Shown here one piece after another: positions 9,291-18,377 of a stretch of 64,000 nt of DNA. Within the stretch, counting starts at the first letter, position 1, and each line of letters begins with the position of its first letter. Position numbers and translations under genes: made by a program. Under the pieces are notes generated by a model that saw only the letters and a list, made by a program, of their open reading frames with translations, made no database searches and was not told the origin of the DNA. This DNA is from an uncultured Chloroflexia bacterium (GTDB taxonomy: Bacteria > Chloroflexota > Anaerolineae > Anaerolineales > E44-bin32), in the NCBI GenBank assembly GCA_963807065.1, contig CAWDZQ010000004.1:1415017-1479016 (forward strand). Reading direction: 5' to 3'.

Positions 9291-10737
9291 TCCATGAAAG
9301 CACGGCCCCTGTCAATACCCTCTGGCGTTAAAGAAGTTCTTCTCCCCGCAGGGAAGTGTTCATCCTTCAGTTGCCCTCCAGCGTTTCAAAGCCCAGCCGG
9401 TCTCGCCGGAAACATCCATCCCGTAGGACACCGGGACGGTGTGCGCCTCTAGATCGAGGCAAGAGTAAGTTCGCCAGGGGTGGCCCAATCATCTCGCGGG
9501 TCTCAAGGGACCCATACCGCCAACAACGCGGCACTTTGTTAGGCGCGGACCTTCCCTTGGCTGAGCGAGATAGGGTGCTTCATCCCTTCGGGGGCCCAGT
9601 GAGGGGGCTCCCGATAGGGCTCACTCTTTTTGAGAACCCAATAGGTGGCCTCCGCCAGGTAGCGAGCGGTGGCGCCGACGGCGACGGCATGGCCCTTGCG
9701 GTGTTTGGTGCGTTCATAGAGGTGGACGACGTACTTGCGACGCCAGTTGGGATGGTGGCGGTGGCGGACGACAACGTTGGCAGCTTCGATAAAAGCCCAC
9801 TTGAGGTAGTTGTTGGCCTGTTTCCCGAAGGACACCGGGACGGTGTGACCATGCGGCCGTAGTGGACGTGCCCACCGCTAGCGCTGACTTTGGGGACCAG
9901 GCCGCAGTAGCTGGCGAAGTGCTTGGGAGCGCTGAAGCGGTCGATAGAGCCGACTTCGAGACAGGTGACGATGGCCAGGATGGCGCCCACGCCGGGGAGG
10001 GATTGGACGCGCTGCATGCTGTCGGAGAGCTTGATCCGCTGCTTGATCCTGGCTTCTAGCTGGCCAATGTGATCCTGGACCAGCTCTAGCAGTTCGAGTT
10101 CCTGGTGCATGCAGCGGCCGGTCTCTTCCGGCAGCGTGTCGATGAGCTTGAGCAGCGGAGGCCGCCATTTGGGGGTGAAGATATCGCTGGTGGTGTCCAG
10201 GGAAAGAGCATACTTGGCCAGGGTGGAATGAATGCGATTCTTGAGACTAGCCCTGGACTTGGAGAAAGCCATACGGGTGCGGGGCAGTTCACGGGCGTCG
10301 CGGACGTCGTTGGGTGGGATCCAGACCGATGGTAGCTTGCCCAGGTAGAGCAGGGTGGCTAGGCCCTGGGCGTCGAGCTTGTCGGTCTTGTGAACGTTGC
10401 CCATCATGACTTTGGCTTTGGCAGCGTGAGCCAGAAGCGGGATGCAGCCGGCGTCTTCGATCTCGTCGACGATCCAATACCAGTTGCCGACGGTCTCAAG
10501 TGCCACCGGGGTCCCTTGGGGGAACTGCTCCAGAAACATGCGAATCGCTCCAGGCACGTGGCCGACCCGGGTGCGCTGGACCAGGTCCCCGTTGTGGTCC
10601 AGGACTGCAAAGAGCGAGAAATGCTTGTGAGCATCAATGCCGACCGTATAATCTGAGTGGAACATGCTGCACCTCCTTTGCGGAACGGTGGCTTCGACAC
10701 TACCAGTCTAGCGGGAGGTGCAGTGCTTTCATACAAT
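9291..10737 (-). mobile_element. IS1111-type family B copy B3
   Basis: Near-identical to B2, with the same junctions. Confidence 0.92.
9539..10665 (-). pseudogene. IS110 recombinase B3, frameshifted by a 23-nt insertion at 9824-9846
   Basis: Same lesion as B2. Confidence 0.88.
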
Positions 10738-10879
10738 CATCTCGCTGGATCGGACCGGGGATGCGGTGGCATTTTGGCCTGGATGGTGTATTCTCAGAAT
10801 CGGCTACGGGGCTTGAGGGTTCGTGGCCCCGGCCGATCAGCTCGAGGGCGTTAGATCGCCTTGAAGTGGCAGGAGCAAG

Positions 10880-11499
10880 ATGGGGATTCAAGAGATTCAG
10901 CAGTACGTTACTTTGATCAAAGATGTACTAACCGCTTTGGCGGCGGTGAGCGCCGCCTGCATCGGCTTTTTAGGCCTCGCCACCTGGAGAAAGCAGCTCA
11001 GGGGAAGACAGAATATGAGCTGGCAAGGCGCGTGCTTGTAGCGGTTTACAGGCTCAGGAATGCCGTGTCGTACTTCCGAAATCCTTTCATGACCCCCGGT
11101 GAAATCTCCAACTCCATGGAACGCGAAGGAATGAAAGCGGAACCTGCCGACAGGGAATATCGCTTCAGGTCCACATCCGCGGTCTACAAAGTGAGATGGG
11201 AGAAGATTTCGGACGCCTCCACTGACTTGGAAATCAATGCGATTGAGGCAGAGGTTCTCTGGGGGCGGGGAATCCAGGAAACCTTGATAGAAGTGTCGCG
11301 TTTGATTTCCGATCTAAATTTCAACGTGGGATGGTACCTCAGGGAGCTTGCCGGATACGGCAGTGGAAAACCAGACGATATCGAGCGGCTGGAAAAGTGC
11401 GTATTCTCGATGGGTCCGGAAAACGATGAGTTCGCGAAGAAGTTGTCGGCTGCTGTCGAAGCGGTAGAGGACTTTCTCAAGCCGTTTCTAAGAATCTAA
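10880..11499 (+). CDS. Cassette 5: hypothetical protein with N-terminal TM helix, frameshift near 11000
   Basis: ATG after AGGAG. MGIQEIQQYVTLIKDVLTALAAVSAACIGFLGLATWRKQL joins GKTEYELARRVLVAVYRLR of ORF 10861..11499. Confidence 0.7.
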
Positions 11500-11513
11500 T
11501 CGGCGATCTAACA

Positions 11514-12894
11514 TCTATGAAAGCACGTCCCCTGTCAATAGCCTCTGCCGTTAAATGAACATCTTCTCTCTGGTTGGAGAGTGTTTTTCTTCTTGAGTTG
11601 ACCTCCAGCGCTTCAAAGCTAAGCCGGTCTCGCCGGAAACATCTATTCGCCCTCAATGGGGCATGAGTATGTTCGCCAGGGGCGGCCCAATCATCTCGCG
11701 GATCTCAGTGGACCCATGTTAGCCGCGGACCTTCCCCTGGCTGAGCGAGACAGGGGACTTCATCCCTCCGGGAGCCCAGTGAGGAGGCTCCTGGTAGGGC
11801 TCGCCCTTCTTGAGAACCCAGTAAGTAGACTCGGCCAGATAGCGAGCGGTGGCGCCGACGGCGACAGCGTGGCCCTTTCGCCGGCGGTTGCGCTCGAAGA
11901 GGTGGACGACGTACTTCCTGCGCCAGTTGGCGTGGTGTCGGTGAGCCACGATGACGTTGGCGGCTTCGATGAAAGCCCATTTCAGGTAGGTGTTGGCCTG
12001 CTTAACCATCCGCCCGTAGTGGGCACGGCCGGCACTGGCACTGACTTTGGGCACCAGGCCGCAGTAGCTAGCGAAGTGGTTAGGAGCGCTGAAGCGGTCG
12101 ATGGAGCCGATCTCTCGATCGATGACGATGGCCAGCACTTTGGCCGGCCCGGGAACCGTTTGGACCAACTGGATTGTGGGTGTGGTTTGGATGCGCTCGA
12201 CGATCCGGTCTTCCAGCTGCTTGATGTGGCTGTTCAGAGCGTCGAGGAGCTGCAGCTGCTGGGATGTGCAGCGGGCGGTTTCGGCAGGCAGGTGCTGCAG
12301 CAGGTCTTCGAGATCGCTCCGCCGTCTGGAGGCGAAGATATCACTGGCGCCGTCCAGAGAAAGGGCGTACTTGGCCAGGGTGGAGGAGATTCGGTTCTTG
12401 ACCCGGGTGCGGTGGCCGGCGAAGGTCATCCGGGTGCGGGGCAGCTCACGCTCGTCACGGACCTCAGTCGGTGGGATCCAGACAGAGGGGAGTTTGCCCA
12501 GGTAGAGGAGAGTGGCCAGGCCGTGGGCATCGAGCTTGTCGGTCTTGTGGATGTTGCCCATCATGACCTTGGCCTTGGCGGCGTGAGCCAGGAGCGGGAT
12601 GCAGCCGGAAGCTTCGATCTCGTCCACGATCCAGTACCAATTGCCAACAGTCTCCAAGGCAACGGGTGTCGCATCTGGGAACTGGGAAAGAAAGTCTCCA
12701 ATGGCGCCCGGCACGTGGCCGACGCGGACCTGTTGGGCCAGCTGGCCCGCTTCATCCAGCACAGCGAAGAGTGAGAAATGCTTGTGGGCATCACAGCCGA
12801 TCGTATAATCTGAATGAACCATGCTGCACCTCCTTGGGTGGACAGGGAACCAGACACTCCCAGTCTAACGGGAGGTGCAGTGCTTTCATCTAAT
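11514..12894 (-). mobile_element. IS1111-type family B copy B4 (intact)
   Basis: Same IRs and core as B1, and no mini-insertions. Confidence 0.93.
11719..12822 (-). CDS. IS110-family recombinase (family B), intact 367 aa
   Basis: Full DEDD domain and C-terminal Tnp domain in one frame. Confidence 0.95.
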   Translation of the reverse strand: MVHSDYTIGCDAHKHFSLFAVLDEAGQLAQQVRVGHVPGAIGDFLSQFPDATPVALETVGNWYWIVDEIEASGCIPLLAHAAKAKVMMGNIHKTDKLDAHGLATLLYLGKLPSVWIPPTEVRDERELPRTRMTFAGHRTRVKNRISSTLAKYALSLDGASDIFASRRRSDLEDLLQHLPAETARCTSQQLQLLDALNSHIKQLEDRIVERIQTTPTIQLVQTVPGPAKVLAIVIDREIGSIDRFSAPNHFASYCGLVPKVSASAGRAHYGRMVKQANTYLKWAFIEAANVIVAHRHHANWRRKYVVHLFERNRRRKGHAVAVGATARYLAESTYWVLKKGEPYQEPPHWAPGGMKSPVSLSQGKVRG

Positions 12895-13086
12895 CATCTC
12901 GCTCGATGGGACCGGGGATGCGGGGCGATTTTGGAGCGAGCGTTGTGTTATCGGCATGGGCTTGGAGAAGAGATGTTGATCGACCCCGGCCCATCAGCTC
13001 GGACGCGTTAGGGAGCGCCACCAACTTCATCGGCCGCTCCTTTCCCTAAAGTCGGCCTGAACACAATAATGCACACCAGCATGGTT

Positions 13087-13114
13087 TTGTGCTTAGAACA
13101 TTTGTTGCTATAAT
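13087..13114 (+). promoter_or_regulatory. Sigma70-type promoter of the R-M cassette
   Basis: TTGTGC-16 nt-TATAAT with extended -10 TGn, upstream of RBS GAGGAGG. Confidence 0.6.
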
Positions 13115-13153
13115 CTCTCCCGAAATCATTCTGAGGAGGAGAAGTTTCAAACT

Positions 13154-14044
13154 GTGCCTGGGACACACACATCAAGCTTTGGCACCGGCAAGCGCGAGTC
13201 TCATGACTCAAGTGATTTTTACTCTCGCAGCATGCTTTCTTCCACGAGCCTCGCCCCACTCTCGCACACGGACCTAGGCGAAATCCAGGTTCCGTCAGTC
13301 GGTTCATGGGCTGACAATATTTACTGCTCCTCTGCCACAGACATGAAAGAGGTCCCAGACAACTCTGTAGCGCTCTCGTTCACGTCACCCCCATACAATG
13401 TGGGGAAAGACTACGACGACGACATCAATGTGTCAGAGTATCTCCAACTCATTGAGGATGTTGGCAGAGAGGTCTTTAGGGCTCTGCGTCCCGGAGGAAG
13501 ATACCTGATCAACATCGCCAATGTCGGCAGGAAGCCATACATTCCCCTCCACTCGCTCTTTTGGAATCTACATCTAGGCATCGGATTTCTTCCGATGGGA
13601 GAGATAATCTGGCAAAAGGCCAAGGGCGCCAACGGAAGCTGCGCATGGGGTAGTTGGATGAGCGCGAAAGCTCCAAGGCTGAGGGATGTACACGAGTACA
13701 TTCTTGTGTTGGCCAAGCATTCCTATTCCAGGCCCGACAAGGGTGTATCGGACGTCTCCCGAGAGGAGTTCATGGATTCAACACTCTCTGTTTGGCCAAT
13801 TCCACCGGAGTCAGCCAAGAGAGTGGGTCATCCGGCACCATTCCCCATCGCCTTGGCCTCAAGAGTCGTCAAACTCTACAGCTACGTCGATGACGTTGTG
13901 ATTGATCCATTCGCTGGCTCCGGGACGACTTGCGTAGCTGCCGCACAGTTGGGTCGCCACTTCGTGGGATACGACATTTCGCAAGAGTACTGCCAGCTGG
14001 CCGAAGAAAGGCTGCTTCTGGAGGGGCACAAGTCACTAGTTTAG
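13154..14044 (+). CDS. Cassette 6: beta-class N4/N6 DNA methyltransferase
   Basis: Motif IV TSPPY precedes HPAPFP and motif I DPFAGSGT. Confidence 0.92.
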   Translation: MPGTHTSSFGTGKRESHDSSDFYSRSMLSSTSLAPLSHTDLGEIQVPSVGSWADNIYCSSATDMKEVPDNSVALSFTSPPYNVGKDYDDDINVSEYLQLIEDVGREVFRALRPGGRYLINIANVGRKPYIPLHSLFWNLHLGIGFLPMGEIIWQKAKGANGSCAWGSWMSAKAPRLRDVHEYILVLAKHSYSRPDKGVSDVSREEFMDSTLSVWPIPPESAKRVGHPAPFPIALASRVVKLYSYVDDVVIDPFAGSGTTCVAAAQLGRHFVGYDISQEYCQLAEERLLLEGHKSLV

Positions 14045-14058
14045 GCACACAATTAGCC

Positions 14059-15108
14059 ATGCCCACTCCACGGACCGAAGCATCCGAGTTAGCCGTCGCC
14101 TTTGGAATTCTCTCTCTGAATCCTTCTGAACCACTCTCAGACCAAGAGAGGGAGTATCACTTTCAGTCGACCCTTCCCCTTGCAAGCTATGTATCGTTCG
14201 TGAGTGAGTATTCGAATAATGTGGATCTCCACAGCAGGATGTACAGTGTTGGAAGACGGCTCCGTTCTTCCTTCTCAGAGTTCCAAAGAGTTCGACTCTT
14301 CTCAGATGGGCTGGACCTAACCAACAAGCATCCACTATTTCTGCGGCGTCCGATCTTCTGGTTTCCAACACGCCGGTAAGCGTAAAAGCTATTAGCGACG
14401 TAGTGGCCAATCCGTCCCCCTACAATCTGATCTACAATCTCCCCAGCGGGCAGGCGTTTTCTCAGAACGAACAGAACTGGTACTTGGAACAAGCACCTGC
14501 CGAATTCCAAGATGTGTATGGATTCGTTCGCAATTCAGATTCGAGATTGGCGTATCTTCCATCGCAAGTTGCCGACTTTGAGGCCGGTGCGTCACGACAA
14601 GACCGCAAACTCGTCCAGTTGGCCATAAGCGAATATGAACAGGGTTCCAAGGATGCGTTCATCCGCTTCTACCTAGACATGTGTCACGCCGTTGCGAATT
14701 CATCTGCGCACGAGTTCAACTCGAGGATGTCTGCGTCCCTAGGAGGAAGATCAAGGACGGCGATTGTCGAAAACGTCATGCGCTGGTTCTTTCGGCCTCG
14801 ATGCAGTTCCTTATGTCCTGTGCGGCATCAATTCCAATGACGAGTTTGGGTTGCAGATACCTTCACTGACGGACTTCAAATTCAAATGGGAGCTCACGAC
14901 TATTCACGCGTTGGCTGATTTGAATCGCCGCCAGAGCGTCGTAGGATTCAGGCTGGAATTCAATTCCAAGTCTGGACATCTAAGGCATGTCGCGAACTTC
15001 CACACAGAATTGCGTTGGTCTCATGGCAGATTCTGTGGGGTTCCCGAGGCAAAGCTCTACAAGGACTTCCACTACTACGAACTGCCCTTCTTCCAGCGTC
15101 TAATCTAG
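14059..15108 (+). CDS. Cassette 6: putative type II restriction endonuclease (several frameshifts)
   Basis: Follows the MTase directly. Fragments 13930..14379, 14403..14840 and 14764..15108 join, and an alternative frame reads SDLLVSNTPVSVK (PD-x-K-like). Confidence 0.6.
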
Positions 15109-15120
15109 CCTCTAGGGGCT

Positions 15121-15294
15121 CTCTAACATCTCGCTGGATCCCTGGAGGAACACCAGGATCTTCGACGGACCGGGGATGCCGGGCGAGTTTGGCGTGATTG
15201 TTGTATGCTCAGGATGGCCCAGGGGTTAGGCGGTGACTGGCCCCGGCCGATCCCCACAAAGAACGCGGGACTTCGCAGTTCGAGGGCGTTAGAT
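15121..15294 (+). repeat. attC6, carrying two mini-insertions and IS A3 at R'
   Basis: CTCTAACATCTCGCTGGAT...CGGACCGGGG...CCCCGGCCGAT...GCGTTAG. Confidence 0.85.
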
Positions 15295-16893
15295 GCTATG
15301 GGGGATGAAGATGCGGGTCGCTGCTGATAAGCTCCTTGAAACTCTCGGATCAAGAGAAAGGAGCGCAACATCATGGCAGCGGCCCGCAGTCACGAGTATA
15401 GCGTATTCGAATCGGTGCTGTATCTGGCCTTCGAACTGAGCAACACAAAGTGGAAACTGGGGTTCACGACAGGGCCGAGTCGCCGGCCACACGAGCGGAG
15501 CATCACCGCCGGGGATCTGGAAGCTCTCCAGGAGGAGATCGGGCGAGCGAAGAAGCGGTTCGATCTGCCTGAGAGCAGCCGGGTGGTGAGCTGTTACGAG
15601 GCGGGCAGAGACGCCTTCTGGTTGCACAGGTACCTGGAACAGCAGGGGATCGAGAACCTGGTGGTGGACAGCTCTAGCATCCAGGTGAACCGACGGGCCC
15701 GACAGGCCACACCTGCCCTGGCGGGCGGTGCCAGGGAGACTGACCGGATGGACTTGGAGAAACTTCTGGGGCAGCTGATCCGGTACCGGGGAGGGGACCG
15801 GGAGGTGTGGAGCGTGGTGCGGGTGCCGAGCGTGGAGGCGGAGGACAACCGGCAGTTACACCGGGAACTGGAAACCCTGAAGAAGGATCGGACGCGGCAC
15901 ATCAACCGGATCAAGTCGTTCCTGGTGGGGCAGGGCATCCGGATGAAGGTGGGGAGTGATTTCTTGGAAGAGATCGAACGGGTGCGCAAATGGGATGGCT
16001 CAGCGCTCCCGGCCAGCCTGAAAGCCCGGCTTCAGCGAGAGTATCAGCGGCTTCAACTGCTGCAGGAGCAGGTCAAGGAGCTGGAGCGGGCGCGGGTGGA
16101 GGCGATCCGGCATGGGGAAGACGAGAGTGTGGAGGTGGTGCGCAAGCTGATGCGGCTGAACGGGATCGGGCAGAACGCCGGCTGGCTGTTCGGGATGGAG
16201 TTTTTCAGCTGGCGGAAGTTCCCTGGCCTGCGCCTAGGGCAGGCAACAATAGGAAGGAAGTGGGGGCCCTGGCCGGTCTGGTGCCGATGCCGAGGCAGAG
16301 TGGCGACAGCTACCGGGAGCAGGGGATCAGCAAAGCCGGCAACCGGCACGTTCGGGGGATGGCGATCGAGATCGCATGGGGGTGGCTGCAGTTTCAGCCG
16401 GAGAGTGAACTGACCAAGTGGTATGAGGAACGATTTGGCCATGGGAGCAAACGGATCCGGAAGATCGGGATCGTGGCGCTGGCCAGGAAGCTGATGATTG
16501 AGCTATGGCGCTATCTGGAGACGGGAGCTATCCCTGAAGGGGCGGTGCTGAAGGCACGGTTGATTTGAGAGAGATCCAAAGAGGAAAGGACGGGCGAAAA
16601 GGGACAACCAGGCTGGTGCCCTGGTGCCCAGGATGGGTATGAGCAGCTCGTTACTCCGCCGGGTCCGAAGGGACCGAGCGTTAGATGGGGCGCTCAGCAG
16701 AGCTTCCAGGATCGCCGACGAGCGAACAAAGCATTGGGTGACCGGCCAAACAAGAGCCGGCACGGATAGAAGGTAGTTCGAGGCACTTGGTGCCCGACGC
16801 CAAAGGGAAGCTGCCAGCATGAGTGACCCGGGGGCTGTTGTGGAGGAAACGATCACTTGCTAAATTGGGGCTTGACAGCAGCGCCTACATAGA
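15293..16893 (+). mobile_element. IS1111-type family A copy A3
   Basis: Same ends and AG core as A2. Confidence 0.92.
15373..16568 (+). pseudogene. IS110 recombinase A3 with a 27-nt in-frame and a 23-nt frameshifting insertion
   Basis: Versus A2: insert 15710-15736 (KT becomes TPALAGGARET) and insert 16221-16243. Confidence 0.88.
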
Positions 16894-16913
16894 AGGCAGA
16901 CTGATTTCTTCAG

Positions 16914-17687
16914 ATGAAGAAGCACCATGAACTAGTCGCAAGGTTACTGTTCGAAGACTGGCTTGCTGAGCAGTTGCCTGGCGCTAACATCAAATGGACT
17001 GAGTCAGAAGACCCCCATCCGGATTGGTATCTGTCAATCAACTCTGACGAATACTGGGTTGAGGCAACCACAATAGTTCCAATTGTTCGACATGGAAGGA
17101 ACCTGATCCTTGAGCCATCTCTCTCTGCCTCAATCCACGACTTTGTTGACAGGATCGAAAGCCAAGCCAAGGCTGCAGGCATACTTCATGGCGGCTATGT
17201 ACTTGCGTGTGGCCCAATGCCGAGACGAGGTGGGTTCCGTGACAAGATCGCAGCGGCTGCAATTCAGTACATCGACGACACCAGCCAGCTGGACAGGGCT
17301 CAGCCTCTGGTGTTGGATGACTCTGGCGAATATCGCATTGAAATTCAGAAGTTGAGCAATTTTCGAGACTATCTCGTGGAAATGGTTGATTTGTCTTTCG
17401 TGTCAGAAGCACAGACCAACCAAGACTTCGCAGCTCAGCTTCACCAAATGATCAGTAGGAAAGCAAGGAAATATGCCCATCACACTGTCCCTACGGTGCT
17501 GCTGTTGCTGGACGGCTTCCATATCGTGGACGAAGACACTTGGCTCGCGGCCGCGAAGGAAGTTGATGAGTTAGAGAAATTCGAGGCAGTCTTTCGCATC
17601 AAGCCTGCGAATTCTCCTCTCCTCCTGTTCTCACAGTCCAATCTATGGCCACCGGCCCAGCTTCCACCGGCTTGGCCGTCAATCTAA
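16914..17687 (+). CDS. Cassette 7: hypothetical protein, PD-(D/E)xK-like
   Basis: EDPHPDWYL...YWVEATT motif. Stop lies in R'' ATCTAAC. Confidence 0.65.
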   Translation: MKKHHELVARLLFEDWLAEQLPGANIKWTESEDPHPDWYLSINSDEYWVEATTIVPIVRHGRNLILEPSLSASIHDFVDRIESQAKAAGILHGGYVLACGPMPRRGGFRDKIAAAAIQYIDDTSQLDRAQPLVLDDSGEYRIEIQKLSNFRDYLVEMVDLSFVSEAQTNQDFAAQLHQMISRKARKYAHHTVPTVLLLLDGFHIVDEDTWLAAAKEVDELEKFEAVFRIKPANSPLLLFSQSNLWPPAQLPPAWPSI

Positions 17688-17805
17688 CAAATCGCTGGAT
17701 CGGACCGGGGATGCAGGGCGAGTTTGGCGTGATTGTTGTATGCTCAGGATGGTCCGGGGGCAGGATGGTGCGTTGCCCCGGCCGATCAGCTCGGATGCGT
17801 TGGGC
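17682..17805 (+). repeat. attC7 (124 bp, uninterrupted, last of the array)
   Basis: ATCTAAC-AAA-TCGCTGGATCGGACCGGGG...CCCCGGCCGATCAGCTCGGA-TGC-GTTGGGC. Confidence 0.9.
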
Positions 17806-17885
17806 GGCCAGACTCCCTCATTCGTTGCAACCCTTTTGCCAGAGGGCAATTCTCTGAAGTCGGCCCATATGCGAGGAGCCATTTC

Positions 17886-18356
17886 ATGAATAGATCCAAT
17901 ATCGCTGATGCACTTCTCTTCGCAGTCATTCTTTCGGCCTGTGGAGGTCCAGCAGAACCGCCGACCCCTACGTTGATCCCAACTCCTGCGTTTACCCTCA
18001 CTCCAGTAGCCACCCCCACTCCAAAGCCTCCAGTCGAGATACAGATCACCGCATGCGGATATGGTTCCTTTGGGATCGTCACAATGGCCGGGACTGCCAC
18101 GAACGACACAAGCGCGGACATTACGTTTCTGCAAGCCACAGTTGCGCTTTTGAAGAACGGGCAGGTCGTTCGTACTGATGAAATCTACATCACGAGTGCC
18201 ACCGGTGTGAATGCCGGCATGCTTTACGGTCTAGACTACAAATCTAAGGCAGGGGGACTTGTGGCAGGCGAGACAATTGCCTGGAGTGTCGCTTATCCTC
18301 TCGACAAGCTTTCTCAGCCGTTCGAATGCGAGGCGTCCGTCACAAACGTTCAGTAG
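17886..18356 (+). CDS. Putative lipoprotein with Pro/Thr linker
   Basis: Lipobox LSAC, PTPT repeats and a beta-rich C-terminus. RBS GAGGAG. Confidence 0.7.
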   Translation: MNRSNIADALLFAVILSACGGPAEPPTPTLIPTPAFTLTPVATPTPKPPVEIQITACGYGSFGIVTMAGTATNDTSADITFLQATVALLKNGQVVRTDEIYITSATGVNAGMLYGLDYKSKAGGLVAGETIAWSVAYPLDKLSQPFECEASVTNVQ

Positions 18357-18377
18357 CCGATTTGCGGAGGACGATCT

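Larger units (their letters stand above)
9283..10856 (+). repeat. attC4 interrupted by IS B3
   Basis: GCCTAAC...GTTAGAT. Cassette start GTTAGGCAGATCC is the exact 13-nt reverse complement of its end GGATCTGCCTAAC. Confidence 0.88.
11506..13013 (+). repeat. attC5 interrupted by IS B4
   Basis: ATCTAAC...GTTAGGG. Cassette start GTTAGATCGCC complements its end GGCGATCTAAC. Arms GATGGGACCGGGG / CCCCGGCCCATC show a compensatory change relative to other attCs. Confidence 0.88.

Noticed and set aside
11656-12774. 372-aa plus-strand ORF and similar ORFs at 851, 6831 and 9356
   Set aside because: Antisense shadows of the GC-rich IS110 recombinase genes.
761-17805. Repeats as a CRISPR array or group II intron/retron
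   Set aside because: Repeats are 100-130 bp palindromes separated by whole genes. No cas or reverse transcriptase gene is present.
17886-18356. Eighth gene cassette
   Set aside because: No R'' box or attC follows the stop and an IS481 remnant does instead, so it cannot be supported as a cassette.
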